Shown in pieces: positions 46,496-59,144 of a DNA stretch of 64,000 nt. The stretch is taken from assembly GCA_001599295.1 (NCBI GenBank), contig BCGN01000005.1, positions 806,001 through 870,000 of the forward strand, given 5' to 3'. The first letter of the stretch is position 1. Each line of letters opens with the position of its first letter. This DNA is from Sporopachydermia quercuum. Taxonomy: Eukaryota. The notes under the pieces are model-generated. The model was not told where the DNA came from. It ran no database searches and was given only the letters and a program-made list of their open reading frames with translations. The position numbers and the translations under genes are program-made.

Positions 46496-47848
46496 GAGAA
46501 GCATTGATTGCAGAGCTCGAATTAACGTTTCTATTCTACAATGTTGATGAATACATGTAAACAGAAACCTCAAAAGGACGGATAAAAGTAAATAGTAACG
46601 CATAAAAGAAGGATAATAAATAATAATGATATATGTATATGAATGAATCAACCTCGATATAAATGAAGAATGTATTTCTGATTAAGTAATCCTTCTTTTT
46701 TACTTTGAAACCGGGCCACATTATAGGAACAAAATATTGTCCCGTGACATGAGAATGAAAGGTGGGAAACATGCATTCTTTTCCGAACATACTTAGCCTG
46801 ATATACATAATATACAGACATATTATTCCATTATACTTAAGTTAACTATTTGCAAGTCAAGAAAACATTCATATATATATGTAGCTTGCTACTTGTCTAA
46901 TTTTTATTTTATGTTGAACAAGTAGTATAGATTTACTTTACTCATCTTTTGGGACTTTTGTCCCAAAGTCCCACTTGGCTACCAAACAAGGCAATGTCCT
47001 CAAATTTAAACTTTGCCGTATCATGCGAGATGTACCTTATAATGGGGAGTCTACCGAAGCAAGAGACAAATTGTATCAAAATATTTCCTACAATTTCCAT
47101 TATATTAATCCAAATTGTTACATAATATCTCTGAATTATCTCAACTAGTGCCTCGGAGAGTATCAAATGAGTCAACCCTCTTTAGAATCAATAGAACAAT
47201 CTCAAAATTCATGTCTCTAGTCTTACCCCTAAACGCATTTACATGCATACCTTGCATATATTCGAAAGCGCGATTGATTTTTCATCTCCCAATAGAGATG
47301 ACTTACAAAATCGCGATTAAGTGCCCGAGGAAACTTGGACATCAACTCTTTGTTTATTTCGGTAGTTCATTAATAAGTCAGATCAACTAAACACTTAAGA
47401 GCTGATCGAACAAAGCATCAACCGACTGTGGGGTATCAAATGCTTAAGTGTCTTAGTCTTATGCGGTAATTGTTTTTCAATAGAATCTTTGAAAAAATAA
47501 CACTGAGGTAGGTGTTTCGTGGAAAGATATAGATTGTCCACCTTGACGCGGAATTAGCGGAACGGGTAGACAGATACTAAATACCTGGGAAAAAAGAAAC
47601 AAAGAAGTCTGATAATTTCTATTTATTCAAAGATTTTTTATTTGAAGAAGGTAAATCGTTTTTTTATTGTTAATTGATCGTTATTGAGTATTTGCTCTAC
47701 AACTCAATACAGTTGATACAATCCGCAGAGCATTAACATAGTTAGTCGACTTACTATCAGTTGATCCATCAATTAGCAGATCATTTCACAAATAAGATAA
47801 TACCATTAGTGAGAATCAATATTACATCATAGCAAATTATTAAACAAA

Positions 47849-49615
47849 ATGGCACCGAGAACAAGATCTAAAGGTAAGAAGATTACTGTAGATCTTGTTG
47901 ATCCTGTTGAAGTATCCACTGAAACCTCAAATGGCGAAGTGCACGAAAAATCAGCTCCTATTGAAGGGAAGAAACATCATACATTGGGAAACAGTGGGCC
48001 AGAAGTCCTGGATAATGAATATGGACCATTAACTTCAGAGAAATATTTGGCAGTGTCAAGAATTCGACCAGGACAATTAGCATCAGCTGATGAATTGATT
48101 GAACCACCTTATCATATATTCATTACAACTTTCTTATCATATTTAGTTCTGATTATTTTCGGGCATGTAGAAGATTTCTTGGAAAAGTTATTTAAATCTG
48201 ATGAGTTTAAAGAATGCATGATAGTTGATGGATTTGCTCCTTGGTATTCCGATTTTGAATCATTTTACTTCCGAAGAATGAAGAAAAGATTAGATGATTG
48301 TTTCCGAAGACCAACAGTTGGAGTGCCTGGAAGATTTATTAATGTTTTAGACCGCAAACCATTAGATTTTTTCACACACTATGAGTATACGGGTACATCA
48401 ACTGCTTGTTTGAATCTTTCTGCTTATAATTATCTTGGTTTTGCTCAATCTGCTGGTAGTTGCACTGATGCAGCTGAAAAAGCTGTTTACTCCTATGGTA
48501 CAACATGTGGTGGTCCTCGTAATAAATCAGGTACTACAGATTTGCATTTGAAAACCGAACAAGTTATTGCTGATTTCGTTGGTAAAGAAGCTGCTTTAGT
48601 GTTTTCTATGGGTTATGGAACTAATGCTAATCTATTCGCTTCCCTTGTCGATAATAAATGTCTCGTCATCTCAGATGAATTGAATCATGGTTCTATTAGA
48701 ATTGGCGTTAGATTATCAGGCGCTGTCATCAAAGTATTCAAGCACAATGACATGGAGGATCTAGAGAAGGTTTTAAGAGAACAGATCTCGCAGGGCCAAC
48801 CAAAAACCCATAGACCTTGGAAAAAAATTTGGGTTTTATGTGAAGGATTATATTCTATGGAAGGTACATGTGCAAATCTACCTGCTTTGATTGAATTGAA
48901 GAAGAAATATAAATGTTACTTATTTGTTGATGAAGCACATTCTATTGGAGCTATGGGACCAACTGGTAGAGGTATCTGTGAATATTTTGGTGTTGACACT
49001 AACGATGTAGATATTCTTATGGGTACATTAACTAAGTCTTTTGGAGCAACCGGAGGTTATGTTGCAGCTTCCAACGATATTATTGATAGACTACGTATTG
49101 ATATTTCTACCAATAATTATGCAGAATCTATGTCACCACCAGTGCTAAGCCAAATCATTACTTCATTGAAGATCATCAGTGGTGAGCTAAATGGTGATGA
49201 AGGTAAAGAGCGTTTGCAACGTTTAGCATTCAATTCAAGATACCTAAGATTGGGGTTGAAACGATTGGGTTTCATTGTTTATGGTAATGATGATTCACCG
49301 GTTATTCCTTTGTTATTATACAATCCTGGTAAGATGCCAGCATTTTCTCGGATGATGCTTGCTGAGAAGATTGCCGTCGTAGTTGTTGGTTATCCTGCAA
49401 CACCACTGACTTCTAACAGAGTAAGACTATGTATGAGTTCTGCTGTGACTAAGGAAGATCTTGATCGTTTCTTGAGAGTATGTGATAAGGTTGGCGATGA
49501 AGTTATACTAAAATATAGTAATGACCCTGGAGCTTATGGTGAAAAGACACACTGGAATGTTGAGGAAGTTATTGCTAGGGGTGTTGAAGATGTTCAAAGA
49601 CCTATTTTGTATTAA
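47849..49615 (+). CDS. LCB2: Serine palmitoyltransferase subunit Lcb2
   Basis: LNLSAYNYLGFAQ, FSMGYGTN, SDELNH, EGLYSMEG, FVDEAHSIGAMG, PLP lysine motif GTLTKSFGA and VVVGYPATPL. Confidence 0.97.
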   Translation: MAPRTRSKGKKITVDLVDPVEVSTETSNGEVHEKSAPIEGKKHHTLGNSGPEVLDNEYGPLTSEKYLAVSRIRPGQLASADELIEPPYHIFITTFLSYLVLIIFGHVEDFLEKLFKSDEFKECMIVDGFAPWYSDFESFYFRRMKKRLDDCFRRPTVGVPGRFINVLDRKPLDFFTHYEYTGTSTACLNLSAYNYLGFAQSAGSCTDAAEKAVYSYGTTCGGPRNKSGTTDLHLKTEQVIADFVGKEAALVFSMGYGTNANLFASLVDNKCLVISDELNHGSIRIGVRLSGAVIKVFKHNDMEDLEKVLREQISQGQPKTHRPWKKIWVLCEGLYSMEGTCANLPALIELKKKYKCYLFVDEAHSIGAMGPTGRGICEYFGVDTNDVDILMGTLTKSFGATGGYVAASNDIIDRLRIDISTNNYAESMSPPVLSQIITSLKIISGELNGDEGKERLQRLAFNSRYLRLGLKRLGFIVYGNDDSPVIPLLLYNPGKMPAFSRMMLAEKIAVVVVGYPATPLTSNRVRLCMSSAVTKEDLDRFLRVCDKVGDEVILKYSNDPGAYGEKTHWNVEEVIARGVEDVQRPILY

Positions 49616-50539
49616 ATAAATAGATCTGTTTGGTCTCAGAGATAATTAGGGTTGAGCATGAATGAAGAATGAGAATATGACAATTATGGGAGTTGGAGTA
49701 GTAATAGTAATGGAGATGATGTACAATTGACTTAAAGTCTAACTATTTGTTATTTTTGTATAGTTAGACGGTACTTTATATACGATTTTGCTTTTAAGCA
49801 CTTAATAATACCAATAATAATAATTTTTCATCAACGAAATGTTGTAAATAGTTGATAAGAAATATCGGATATCATGTTCTCATAGGTTCCCCAAATATCA
49901 GATATTATCCGATCCCTTTCTGTACCATACATTCATTCTTCATATTTCCCTAATTCAACTAATAAACAAAATCCTAATTTTATTCACCTCCACACTTACG
50001 TTCTCGACCATTTCAACTATTTTAATACTTCTGTAACCCTTCCACGTATCCGTTTTCCCTTTGTATGATCAATCTTCACTTCTTTCCCTTTGAAATATCT
50101 CCCAAATCACCCTTCCTTCTTTTCTCGATCATCTTCTCCGATTTCTGCAGCCCATCTTCTCCCTATCTTAATGACATCATCTCCAGTACTACCCCCTTGT
50201 TTCCTTTGAGCATGATCAAAGTCAAGAATCACATCACAAAGGAAATGACAGCAGGATTGCTGCTTATCAATTAGCGCTCCTCTTATTGTCTTATTTTACT
50301 TCTGTTGCAGTTGCTATGCCTATATGTAACTGCTAGTAGAAGAAAATGAATTGCAATAGTTAGCTCATAGAAACACGATATACTATACTCTAGTTTACAA
50401 TAACTATTTAAATAATTAGCAGAGGTATCAAGTACCATTATTCTGTCTTAAAGTACAATTGACTCAAGTAACAAACACCCCAGCACAAGATCCTATCATT
50501 TTAACTTCCAATTCATAAATTTACACACATTAGTTTGAA

Positions 50540-52003
50540 ATGGACTTCTCTGAACAGGTAATCCCAGAATCAACAAGCAATAGTCCTTTGAATTTTTCAA
50601 AGAAAACTGGGAAGACGAAAAAATCGGACACAAGTGAACAAGAGGTGTCTTCGTCTAATGAAGGCTCTTCTGAGGCTCAAACTGCGGAAGAGATAACGGA
50701 TAAACAAACAAATTCTGAAACAAATTCTGCCCAAGCCGATGAAGCCGAAGGGATTGATAAGCCCAAAGAATCAAACCCAAGTCTGATTTCGGAAGTTGAT
50801 GGGAAAACTGATGAAGCGTTAGAGAAATTAGAACAGGAAGTAGAAAGAGTATATACTGCTCTTGAGCAATCAACAAGTCAATGGGGTAATAAATTATCAT
50901 CAGCTTGGACCTCATTTTTGAAAACAAGTGAAGTGGTAATAAATGAGAATAAGAAAAAGTTGAACGAACTTGATTTTGATAAGAAGCTAAAAGATCTAGG
51001 GCTTGATAAAACAGTTGAAAACATTAAGAAGATTGATATATCTGATCGTATTAATGAATTGAAGCAAAATCTTGATACAACAATTAGTTTGGATGATGAT
51101 TCAAATCAAGAAATAGTTGATCTTGCTTCTGTTGCTCGTGAAAAGGAACAAGTGGTTGCAAATAAAGGCAANAAGATGTTTGATTTGTTAACAATTCAAG
51201 CGCAAGCTTATTTTGATGATTTGGACCAAGATTTGGAAGATCTGCAGAAAGGAACTGAAGGCTTAGTATCAAAACTAGGTGGTTTCTTGAAAGATGCTAT
51301 AACTATTGATTCAGAGAACTCAACAGATAATAATGATGCTGATTCAGATGTTAACAAATCAAATGATGTTCTATTCGATACAGAGACTCAAATACATACC
51401 TCCAGATTAGAAGCTCAGCTTCATACTCTTAACACATCACAAGATGTATACCTTACAGAAGCTCCAGACGATTCATTTACTGCGTTCGTTGAATCGTTCT
51501 CTGTGGATGATCATACAGATGATATCTCAACGTTGTTAGAGGCATATCCTGAGCTACGGAACACCATGTCAATATTGGTTCCCACTAAGATTGCATATAA
51601 TGATTTCTGGGCACGATATTTCTTTATGAAGAAGCAGATAGAAGAGCAAGATGAAAAGAGAAGGTCTTTGCTTCAAAAGGCTAAAGCTACTGGTGAGGAA
51701 GAAGATGATGACTTTCAATGGGATGATGAGGAGGAGGAAGAAGAGGACCAAGTTTCTAGTAGTGCTGATGTGAAAGGAAAAGGACTTGGTGATGCTCTTA
51801 GGACGAAGTCAGATGAAGGATCTGAAAAGTCCAATAGATCCTCAGGTGAAGTCACTTTGGATCTAGTATCTAACTCCAGTTCAACCCTGGAAGTGGTAGC
51901 ATCACCGAAACAGAAGCAATCTAGTGCTTTCGGTGGAATTGATGATAATGTGAACTCTTCTAAAGATAGAACTGATGATGATTCTGATGATGATTGGGAA
52001 TAG
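50540..52003 (+). CDS. DOS2: BSD-domain protein Dos2
   Basis: SRLEAQLH, DISTLLEAYPELRNTMSILVP......FWARYFF (BSD), acidic FQWDDEEE and terminal DDDDWE; convergent with DOA4. Confidence 0.85.
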   Translation: MDFSEQVIPESTSNSPLNFSKKTGKTKKSDTSEQEVSSSNEGSSEAQTAEEITDKQTNSETNSAQADEAEGIDKPKESNPSLISEVDGKTDEALEKLEQEVERVYTALEQSTSQWGNKLSSAWTSFLKTSEVVINENKKKLNELDFDKKLKDLGLDKTVENIKKIDISDRINELKQNLDTTISLDDDSNQEIVDLASVAREKEQVVANKGXKMFDLLTIQAQAYFDDLDQDLEDLQKGTEGLVSKLGGFLKDAITIDSENSTDNNDADSDVNKSNDVLFDTETQIHTSRLEAQLHTLNTSQDVYLTEAPDDSFTAFVESFSVDDHTDDISTLLEAYPELRNTMSILVPTKIAYNDFWARYFFMKKQIEEQDEKRRSLLQKAKATGEEEDDDFQWDDEEEEEEDQVSSSADVKGKGLGDALRTKSDEGSEKSNRSSGEVTLDLVSNSSSTLEVVASPKQKQSSAFGGIDDNVNSSKDRTDDDSDDDWE

Positions 52004-52745
52004 AAGGGAAATGGTAGTTTTGGCTTTATTTAACATACAGAAAAGTAGTAGTAATAGTATGTGTAGTTTTATCAAGTTTATTTTTAATGATGATGAGGGT
52101 TTCAATGATTGATTCTGAGCGTAAATTGATGTCTCTTTTATTGGTTACTTTGAATAAATATCCCAGAGAGAAAATCTTGACATTCTTATATATCGATATG
52201 GTAATATGACTAGCAACCATTGAACAAAAGGGCATGAAACATATCAGCTTCTTAATTTAATGATACTGATGAATATAACATTACTATACTAGGAGAGTTA
52301 AAATTCAGGCTATAAAGGTTCCTTCTCAACAGTTCTTCGCAGAAAAAAAGGGTACTCATAATTTAATGAGAACAAAGCAAATTAATGTAGTATCGTCCTT
52401 TTACTAATATCACTTATAAATATAGGGATAATATAACAGTAGTACTGAAAACATTTTGTATCCAAAAAAATCATTCTTTTTTACTACTAGAATACCACAT
52501 ATGCAAATTATCCAATTGTATTCATATCATGTAACATTATAACATCTATAATAATAATAAACTAGTAACATTATTTGGAGATATATGCAATAAATAACTA
52601 ATTCATAAATCATACCAGCAGTTGAGATCATTTCAACTTCTCCTAATAAAATCAATTGAAAATAGCTTCCAATACTCTCCTAGGTATAAATATATTCTCC
52701 TCTATTCCTTTTCTTTTTCCCCTCTCTTTTGCCTTCTCTTTAAAT

Positions 52746-55700
52746 CTAGACATTTGGCTCTCGAGCATAAAATAAAACATATGCATTGCCATTGCACACA
52801 TCCTCAGATGGCAAATTATAACTGATCTTCGTATCATCAAAATAGCACCAGTTCCTTTTCCCTTTTTTCACATATGCTGTATAATGTCCTCCTTTCAAAG
52901 TACCATAATGATTAGCAACAGCATACAATTTGTATCTAAATGGTGGTATTTGATCCCTCAATGGCATTCCTGCTAACTTTTGCTTATCGTCAGCAATATA
53001 TGGTGGCCAGAATTTAGTTAAGTCAAGTATAGTACTAACAGGATAACTAACAAACGTTTCCAGCTTTTGTAAGGAACCTGAAAAAGAGAATCCTTGATTT
53101 TGCTTAAATCTGTTTAGATGAATAATCAAGACGTTTGGTAAACGAGATATTCTTAGTGTTTTCAATGTCTTTTGTCTTCTTTTACATCTGCTACAATACC
53201 AACGATCATCACCATCGAGTATTTCCTGTCTTAGAAACTCTCGGAAACAGTCATCTAATGAAACAGTTCTACCATGACTTAAAGATATTGGCAAGGATAA
53301 ACATGAAAAGGCATTATAAGTAGTTGATGTGAATTTGCATTCCATACATTGTAAACGGCTTTGATATTGACCTTGACAAACAGTAACAATACTAGAAAAA
53401 TCTGTCTTGAGGTATCTTTCCCATTCGATAGTAGATGCTCTTCTAACAGACATTTGTTCTCTATGACGTTCTTGTTCTGGTGTTAGTTCTCCCATTCTTG
53501 GTTTACCACCGCATTGATTCAACTCTTCATGTAAACCATCTAACAGAAAAGTAAGAAACTCTTGACAATCTTGCTGATCAAACCCTACAAAGTCGTCTCT
53601 CAGTTTCCCACATACAAATTTGAAAGCAGCAGGTGATAAAATTGCTCCGTCATTATTTGCCATAGTTTTAACAACTTCTGCATACTTATTTGCTAGAATT
53701 CCTTTATATCCAAGTCTACTAGCCATGTTAATATGATTTTTATAGCTATCATCAATGAAAATACTGGTCAGTTGCACCGTTCCAGCAAGGCACTGTAGGA
53801 TGCAGTTCATATAGCAAGTATTGCCTAAATTTTTCAGCCCACAAGCAAATGTCTCTAATCTCGCAGATTGGAATGGGTTTTGTTTGAACTCTTGATAAGA
53901 GTTTGTCCCCATCATGGCATCTGAAGAAGCTCTTCTGACTGATTTAGCTGTTACAGCTACTGGTGGAGGAAACGGTGGAATCTTCGGTGGAATCTGCGGT
54001 GTAGATGGCTGGAACCCTGTATGAGATATCACGGTTGAGTCTTCTGAGCTCAATTTACCATTGGTCATACTATTACTAGTAGAATAGGAACCATTGGATT
54101 TGAAAGATATATGGGATCCTTGTTGTGGAGAGTATAATTGTTGTTGAGAGTAATGATTCATGTCGAACGGTGTTTCATAACTTCTATCTATTGGTGACAT
54201 TTCCCGTGATGGTGATAATTGACCTGATGATGTAGAGCCTCCTGTGGAGTATGATGAGGTCGTTGAGGATAAATAAAGCTTTTCTGTTCTTGAGATTGCT
54301 TCTGGTGGCTTACTAATACCAATAGCACCATTTTGGTAATTATTCAGTATAGGACTTGGTGAGAATCCAGTGCGAGTAGAAGAACTGAGAGTTTTCAGCG
54401 TTGAGCTTGTAGCGATAGAATTAGGACCTTTCAACTGCTTCCAGGTAATCAAACCTCCATCGAGAAAAACAGGGTTTCTTTTCAAAGGGTTAGCAAAACT
54501 GAGATCAGTTAATGATAGTACGAGGTTTTTCAAACCTGAGACGTTATCCAGACTAGACTCAAATTGGTATTTAGAAGCAGTATTTGATCCAACGCCTGAC
54601 ACTCCTGATTTTGATGCAAACCTGGATGNGAAATCGTAAAATACTACCAATTCAAACTCGTTCCTTTTGCTGAATAGTTCTTGTTCGTTTTTAGGCGATA
54701 CACACAATGTATCTCGTAAATGGCTGTCACTAGCATTTGGTCTTAAAGATATAGGTTCAATGCAAATAATATTCTCACAATTGATATGACCTTCATCAAA
54801 TAATCTTCTTGCTCTCACGTCTATCAGCAAAATAGATGATTGATATGTATTCAATAATTGGCTTAGTATTTCTGGTGTTATATGAGTCTCTGATGGTAAA
54901 TTGGGGAAAGGTGAACTAGAATTGCCGGCTCTCTTGATAGGATTTGATCCATTGTTGGTGCTCGACTGTGAAGTTGTCTGATTTCGTTGTGAAGGATACT
55001 TGTTATTAGTGAATGGCTGTGGAAGTACTGATTTATTTGGTATTTGTTGAGGATTAGCCATTTGGTTTAGTTTCAGCGGTAGAGACTTAGCGGTTTGATT
55101 TGGCTTTAGTTTGGCAAATCTTGCACTTAGATCATCCATCGTCACATCGGTATTAGACTTGGAGTTCGGTTTACCTGAATCTAATCTCGTCGGTTGATTT
55201 TCAGCTGCTTTTATTGACCTTTGGGCAAGCTCGTAGTTAGAATCAATAGTTTGTTTCAACTGTTCGATTCTATCTTCCTTCATTAGCTTTGTAGAAAGCT
55301 CTCTCAATGATTGAGAGTATTTCGAGTTTTTATTAGAAATCAATTCTTGGTAGGATGGAGATTCTGGTATGACTTCTGATACTANAGTCAAAGCAGCTAG
55401 GTAGCTTGAATAAGCGTTTTCCCAGCTTCTAGTGAGCATTAGATTATTGAATCGCGAATAGAACTCTTGAGCTTCTTGCAATAACAAAGGAATTGGTAAT
55501 TGTTTGTTTTTATAAGCTTTCGAAGCAAGATCAATCTCTGGTACTGATCTTGTTAAATGAGGCTTCAGTATTTTGTTGTTGTTACTGTTATTTGCGTTAC
55601 TAATAGTATCAACATCATTACTATGCAATGTACTAGCAGAGCCATTTAATCCTGAGCTCTTACTATCAGCACCAGCAGTAGTAGATTTGAAACTTGGTCT

Positions 55701-55766
55701 AATATCACCAGGAGTATGCATCGGGACACTCGGTAGAGCATTTAAATCAATAGGTGTTGGTGACAT
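52746..55766 (-). CDS. DOA4: Ubiquitin C-terminal hydrolase with rhodanese domain (Doa4/Ubp5, USP8 family)
   Basis: ILLIDVR...FDEGHI....ICIEP (rhodanese), Cys box GLKNLGNTCYMNCILQCL, QQDCQEFL and His box HYGTLKGGHYTAYV. Confidence 0.93.
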   Translation of the reverse strand: MSPTPIDLNALPSVPMHTPGDIRPSFKSTTAGADSKSSGLNGSASTLHSNDVDTISNANNSNNNKILKPHLTRSVPEIDLASKAYKNKQLPIPLLLQEAQEFYSRFNNLMLTRSWENAYSSYLAALTXVSEVIPESPSYQELISNKNSKYSQSLRELSTKLMKEDRIEQLKQTIDSNYELAQRSIKAAENQPTRLDSGKPNSKSNTDVTMDDLSARFAKLKPNQTAKSLPLKLNQMANPQQIPNKSVLPQPFTNNKYPSQRNQTTSQSSTNNGSNPIKRAGNSSSPFPNLPSETHITPEILSQLLNTYQSSILLIDVRARRLFDEGHINCENIICIEPISLRPNASDSHLRDTLCVSPKNEQELFSKRNEFELVVFYDFXSRFASKSGVSGVGSNTASKYQFESSLDNVSGLKNLVLSLTDLSFANPLKRNPVFLDGGLITWKQLKGPNSIATSSTLKTLSSSTRTGFSPSPILNNYQNGAIGISKPPEAISRTEKLYLSSTTSSYSTGGSTSSGQLSPSREMSPIDRSYETPFDMNHYSQQQLYSPQQGSHISFKSNGSYSTSNSMTNGKLSSEDSTVISHTGFQPSTPQIPPKIPPFPPPVAVTAKSVRRASSDAMMGTNSYQEFKQNPFQSARLETFACGLKNLGNTCYMNCILQCLAGTVQLTSIFIDDSYKNHINMASRLGYKGILANKYAEVVKTMANNDGAILSPAAFKFVCGKLRDDFVGFDQQDCQEFLTFLLDGLHEELNQCGGKPRMGELTPEQERHREQMSVRRASTIEWERYLKTDFSSIVTVCQGQYQSRLQCMECKFTSTTYNAFSCLSLPISLSHGRTVSLDDCFREFLRQEILDGDDRWYCSRCKRRQKTLKTLRISRLPNVLIIHLNRFKQNQGFSFSGSLQKLETFVSYPVSTILDLTKFWPPYIADDKQKLAGMPLRDQIPPFRYKLYAVANHYGTLKGGHYTAYVKKGKRNWCYFDDTKISYNLPSEDVCNGNAYVLFYAREPNV

Positions 55767-56997
55767 GCCGTTAATTCTAACTAAGTGTTGTTGACTTTTT
55801 ATTTCAAATCATTCTACTATTAGCTGTGATCTCCTCATGTGTCAGTACGTATGGTTACGATATTGATACTGATACTGATGCTCGGTAGTAATGATCTAGA
55901 TGACCGGCATTAGCAAGTTCTCAACAATAAGCTTTGAACTGTTGAAACAGACTGATGGCTTAACTAATTGTTTGTTTTATCAATCGCACAAGCAATGCCT
56001 GTGTTGTGGTGCGTGCAATTACTATGCGATTACTAAGAAAATTGAATGAATGATTGATTGAATGATCAAAAGACAATGATGGATTGATGGTACGTTTACT
56101 TGTTTATTGAATCATTTAAATGATGAAATCCACGCACAGTTATAACACTGATGGTTAATAACTATTTATTCCAATAAAGATGAGTTTTAGGAGATGCAGA
56201 ATACTAGAATGGAGAAATACTATGGAAGAAAGCAAGAGAGTGTGGCATGAATGGCGGAGTTGAGTAGATTTGATGTGGGATAATGCATGTATATGTAGGT
56301 CTCTCTGCGTTTATATTGGGTGATGTGCATCTTGCTGTATGATAAAGGATGTGGACATTAAAAGGTACGATTGTTGATGGAAGAAAGATATTGTGATTCC
56401 AAGAGTCTCAAAAGTTATTTTTCAAGATTTTATTGAGCTGAAAAGGTTTTAAAAGGAGTATTCCATTAGAGAAACGTCTCTTTGTTGAGGTATTAGTCAA
56501 TCTACGAGTATATAGCATTTTTCAGGAGGAACTATAGTTTCCATATTATGTATGCAGTAATATGTATGTGATATGCAGCATTTTAGGTTTCTCACTTTAT
56601 TGGAGAAGACATATAAACGTTTATATACAAAAAAAGCTGGAAATTTAAACCAAAAATTTGAACATCAACAGTAAAGAGTATATCTACCAAAATAACTTTA
56701 TAACCTGTTGATATCTTTTAATATCACCGAAACATATCTCTTCTAATCAATACTCCTATCATAAACACTTCTGCACCTATCCCGCTTCTTGCATACTTCT
56801 CGCATAAGTAGCTCTGAGCTCTTGCAGCTTGTGTAAAAAGTCACCGTTTCAATTCAATCTGTCCTTCTTCTTTCGTTGTGAAGAAGCCTTGAAATAATGA
56901 GCGATCCTCAAAGCAGAAGCTTCGAATGTAAATCTAAATAATCACTATTTGATCTTGACTTCAATTTTATCTTCCGCAATATATCGTATTCGCCATA

Positions 56998-57645
56998 ATG
57001 CCAACGAAAGCTCTGTCAGCATTAACTCCTCCATTGCATTTTGCAATGGTTCAACCACAAGCCTACAGAGGTTCATATCCAAGACCCATTAATTATAAAT
57101 ACTTAAAACGTCTATCTATAAGAACAATTGTTTCAATGGCTCCAGATCCTATAACTGCAGAGACTGATGCACATTTATTCAACTTTGCTGAAGAAAATGG
57201 TATTAAACTAGTACATATAGAAGCAGGTCCTGAAGGAGGTAAAGGTAAGAAAAGAGGTGTTAGTCTTACGTATGATGCTGTTACAGTTGTTTTGAATCTG
57301 ATATTGGATTCAACAACGAGTCCAATTTATATTCATTGTTTGAATGGATGTCAAGTTACATCGCTGACAGTTGCATGCTTGAGGAGGATATCCATGTGGT
57401 CATTAGTATCTATATTTTCAGAATTCATGTCATATTCTCCAGTTGTCAATGCTAGCGATCGAGCGTTTGTTGAACAGTTTCATGCGGAATTTGACTTGAA
57501 AGAGGATTCGCCTAGTTGGATTTATGCTGGTCTATCCACAACTGGTGCAGGAGTTATAGTCGATGGTAATAAAATCAAAGTGACTAGTATAGAATCAGCA
57601 GCAACAATGAAACTAGATCGGCAGGATGATGATGATTANATTTAA
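56998..57645 (+). CDS. OCA6: Oca/Siw14-family tyrosine phosphatase-like protein
   Basis: PPLHFAMVQPQAYRGSYPRPIN and PIYIHCLNG...VACLRR...WS..SIFSEF resemble Oca6. Confidence 0.85.
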   Translation: MPTKALSALTPPLHFAMVQPQAYRGSYPRPINYKYLKRLSIRTIVSMAPDPITAETDAHLFNFAEENGIKLVHIEAGPEGGKGKKRGVSLTYDAVTVVLNLILDSTTSPIYIHCLNGCQVTSLTVACLRRISMWSLVSIFSEFMSYSPVVNASDRAFVEQFHAEFDLKEDSPSWIYAGLSTTGAGVIVDGNKIKVTSIESAATMKLDRQDDDDXI

Positions 57646-57851
57646 TGTAGTGGAAGAAATTTATGAACTGAGAAGATTAGAAAGCGTTACTGATTGGCAG
57701 TAATAATGATAAAAGAGAATAGTACTATTCTTTTATTGCAAAAACTGTTGACAACACTTTTTATGCTCTATCCACGTTTATATACTTGTACGCATAATCA
57801 GAATGTATTGATAAACGAATGTTCACACTATTCAAAACACAGGTATGCAAA

Positions 57852-59144
57852 CTATTGGAATAATAAACTAGCTGCATAATCGACATTACCATTAGTTTGT
57901 TCTAAAGCTCTTATTGCTTGTTCGCGGCCAAAACCCAATGCCACCAATTGAGAAATCTCTGCTTCGGAAAACGGTTTAGCAGCTCTAGCAGATGCTGCTG
58001 ATGCTGCTGCTGAGGCTGCTGAGGATGCGGGAACATCCGTTGTTTTACCAACAGACGAATCATCAGATTTGCTACCTAATCTATGGGTTCTGCCGTCCCT
58101 AACCTTTTGGCTACCAAATGCGTTAGGAACATCTTTACTGTGTAAAAATGGAGTCTCAGTATCGCCGAATACTAAAACATTTCTTTGTAAATCGATGATA
58201 CCCTGGTGACGCTTCAGCATATCAAGGCCTAGCAATAGATCAGGAGCATTAGTATTGCTGTTATCTAACACAACGAAAGAACAAGGGAGAAATGAGTCAC
58301 CAATTTTTATTGGAGCAGAATGTACTCTACCGATTATCTTTCCAGACCCCACCCCTTGAGCGATACCTTGATATCTGGTATCTAATAATCTTTTAAGGCC
58401 ACATTGTTCTAATAAATAAGGTGACATAATTGTCATTTGAGCACCAGAATCAACAAAAGCCTTTGCATCATATCCATTAACTTTAACATCTATGTATAGC
58501 ATATCAACTTGAGTAAAAGCTTCTGGTGTATGTTCCAATGCTTGTTGTAAATTCTCGGCGATTTGATTCTCTTGAATCAATTCGTAAATTCTTCGCTGAG
58601 ATTCTTCGCTAAAAGGATCTTCATTCAACCTTGCTAGCTCTTGTTGACGTCTCATTTGCGCAGCACCAGCTTCCATCTGAATTTGAATCATTTTTTGTCT
58701 AAATTGTTCAGGATTTGATACTATGGCATCAGTTAGTCCATGTGATTCGTATTGAGATATGAATTGTTCTTTCAATGCAGAATTTGATAGCAGTTGATTT
58801 CTTAATGCTTCAATCTGTTGTTGGGCTTGTTGCAACATTTGTACAGAGTTTCCATTGGGCCCTTGTGTTATTGCTGTAGATGATGACAATGACGAACCTG
58901 CGGAAGGAGTACTTTCGCTCTTCGATGTAACAATCAATACATCATCTTCTTCAAGATTCAATGCAGAGATACTATTATCATTTCCAATGTTTAAAATATT
59001 TGATCCTGATTGTATAATTTGTAAATCGGCTTGAATTCCTGATTCAATCTCAATGTAGGCTTTCAGATCTTCAAACGTCATTTCTGGTGATACCTCTATT
59101 GGAATGATTGAATCATTCAATGGAACAGATAAGGTGAGTCTCAT
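57852..59144 (-). CDS. DDI1: Ddi1: UBL, helical domain, retroviral-like aspartic protease and UBA
   Basis: ATG at 59144 (MRLTLSV). TPEAFTQVDMLYI, KAFVDSGAQMTIMS, LLLGLDMLKRHQ and a C-terminal UBA LGF.REQAIRALEQTNGNVDYAASLLF. Confidence 0.96.
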   Translation of the reverse strand: MRLTLSVPLNDSIIPIEVSPEMTFEDLKAYIEIESGIQADLQIIQSGSNILNIGNDNSISALNLEEDDVLIVTSKSESTPSAGSSLSSSTAITQGPNGNSVQMLQQAQQQIEALRNQLLSNSALKEQFISQYESHGLTDAIVSNPEQFRQKMIQIQMEAGAAQMRRQQELARLNEDPFSEESQRRIYELIQENQIAENLQQALEHTPEAFTQVDMLYIDVKVNGYDAKAFVDSGAQMTIMSPYLLEQCGLKRLLDTRYQGIAQGVGSGKIIGRVHSAPIKIGDSFLPCSFVVLDNSNTNAPDLLLGLDMLKRHQGIIDLQRNVLVFGDTETPFLHSKDVPNAFGSQKVRDGRTHRLGSKSDDSSVGKTTDVPASSAASAAASAASARAAKPFSEAEISQLVALGFGREQAIRALEQTNGNVDYAASLLFQ

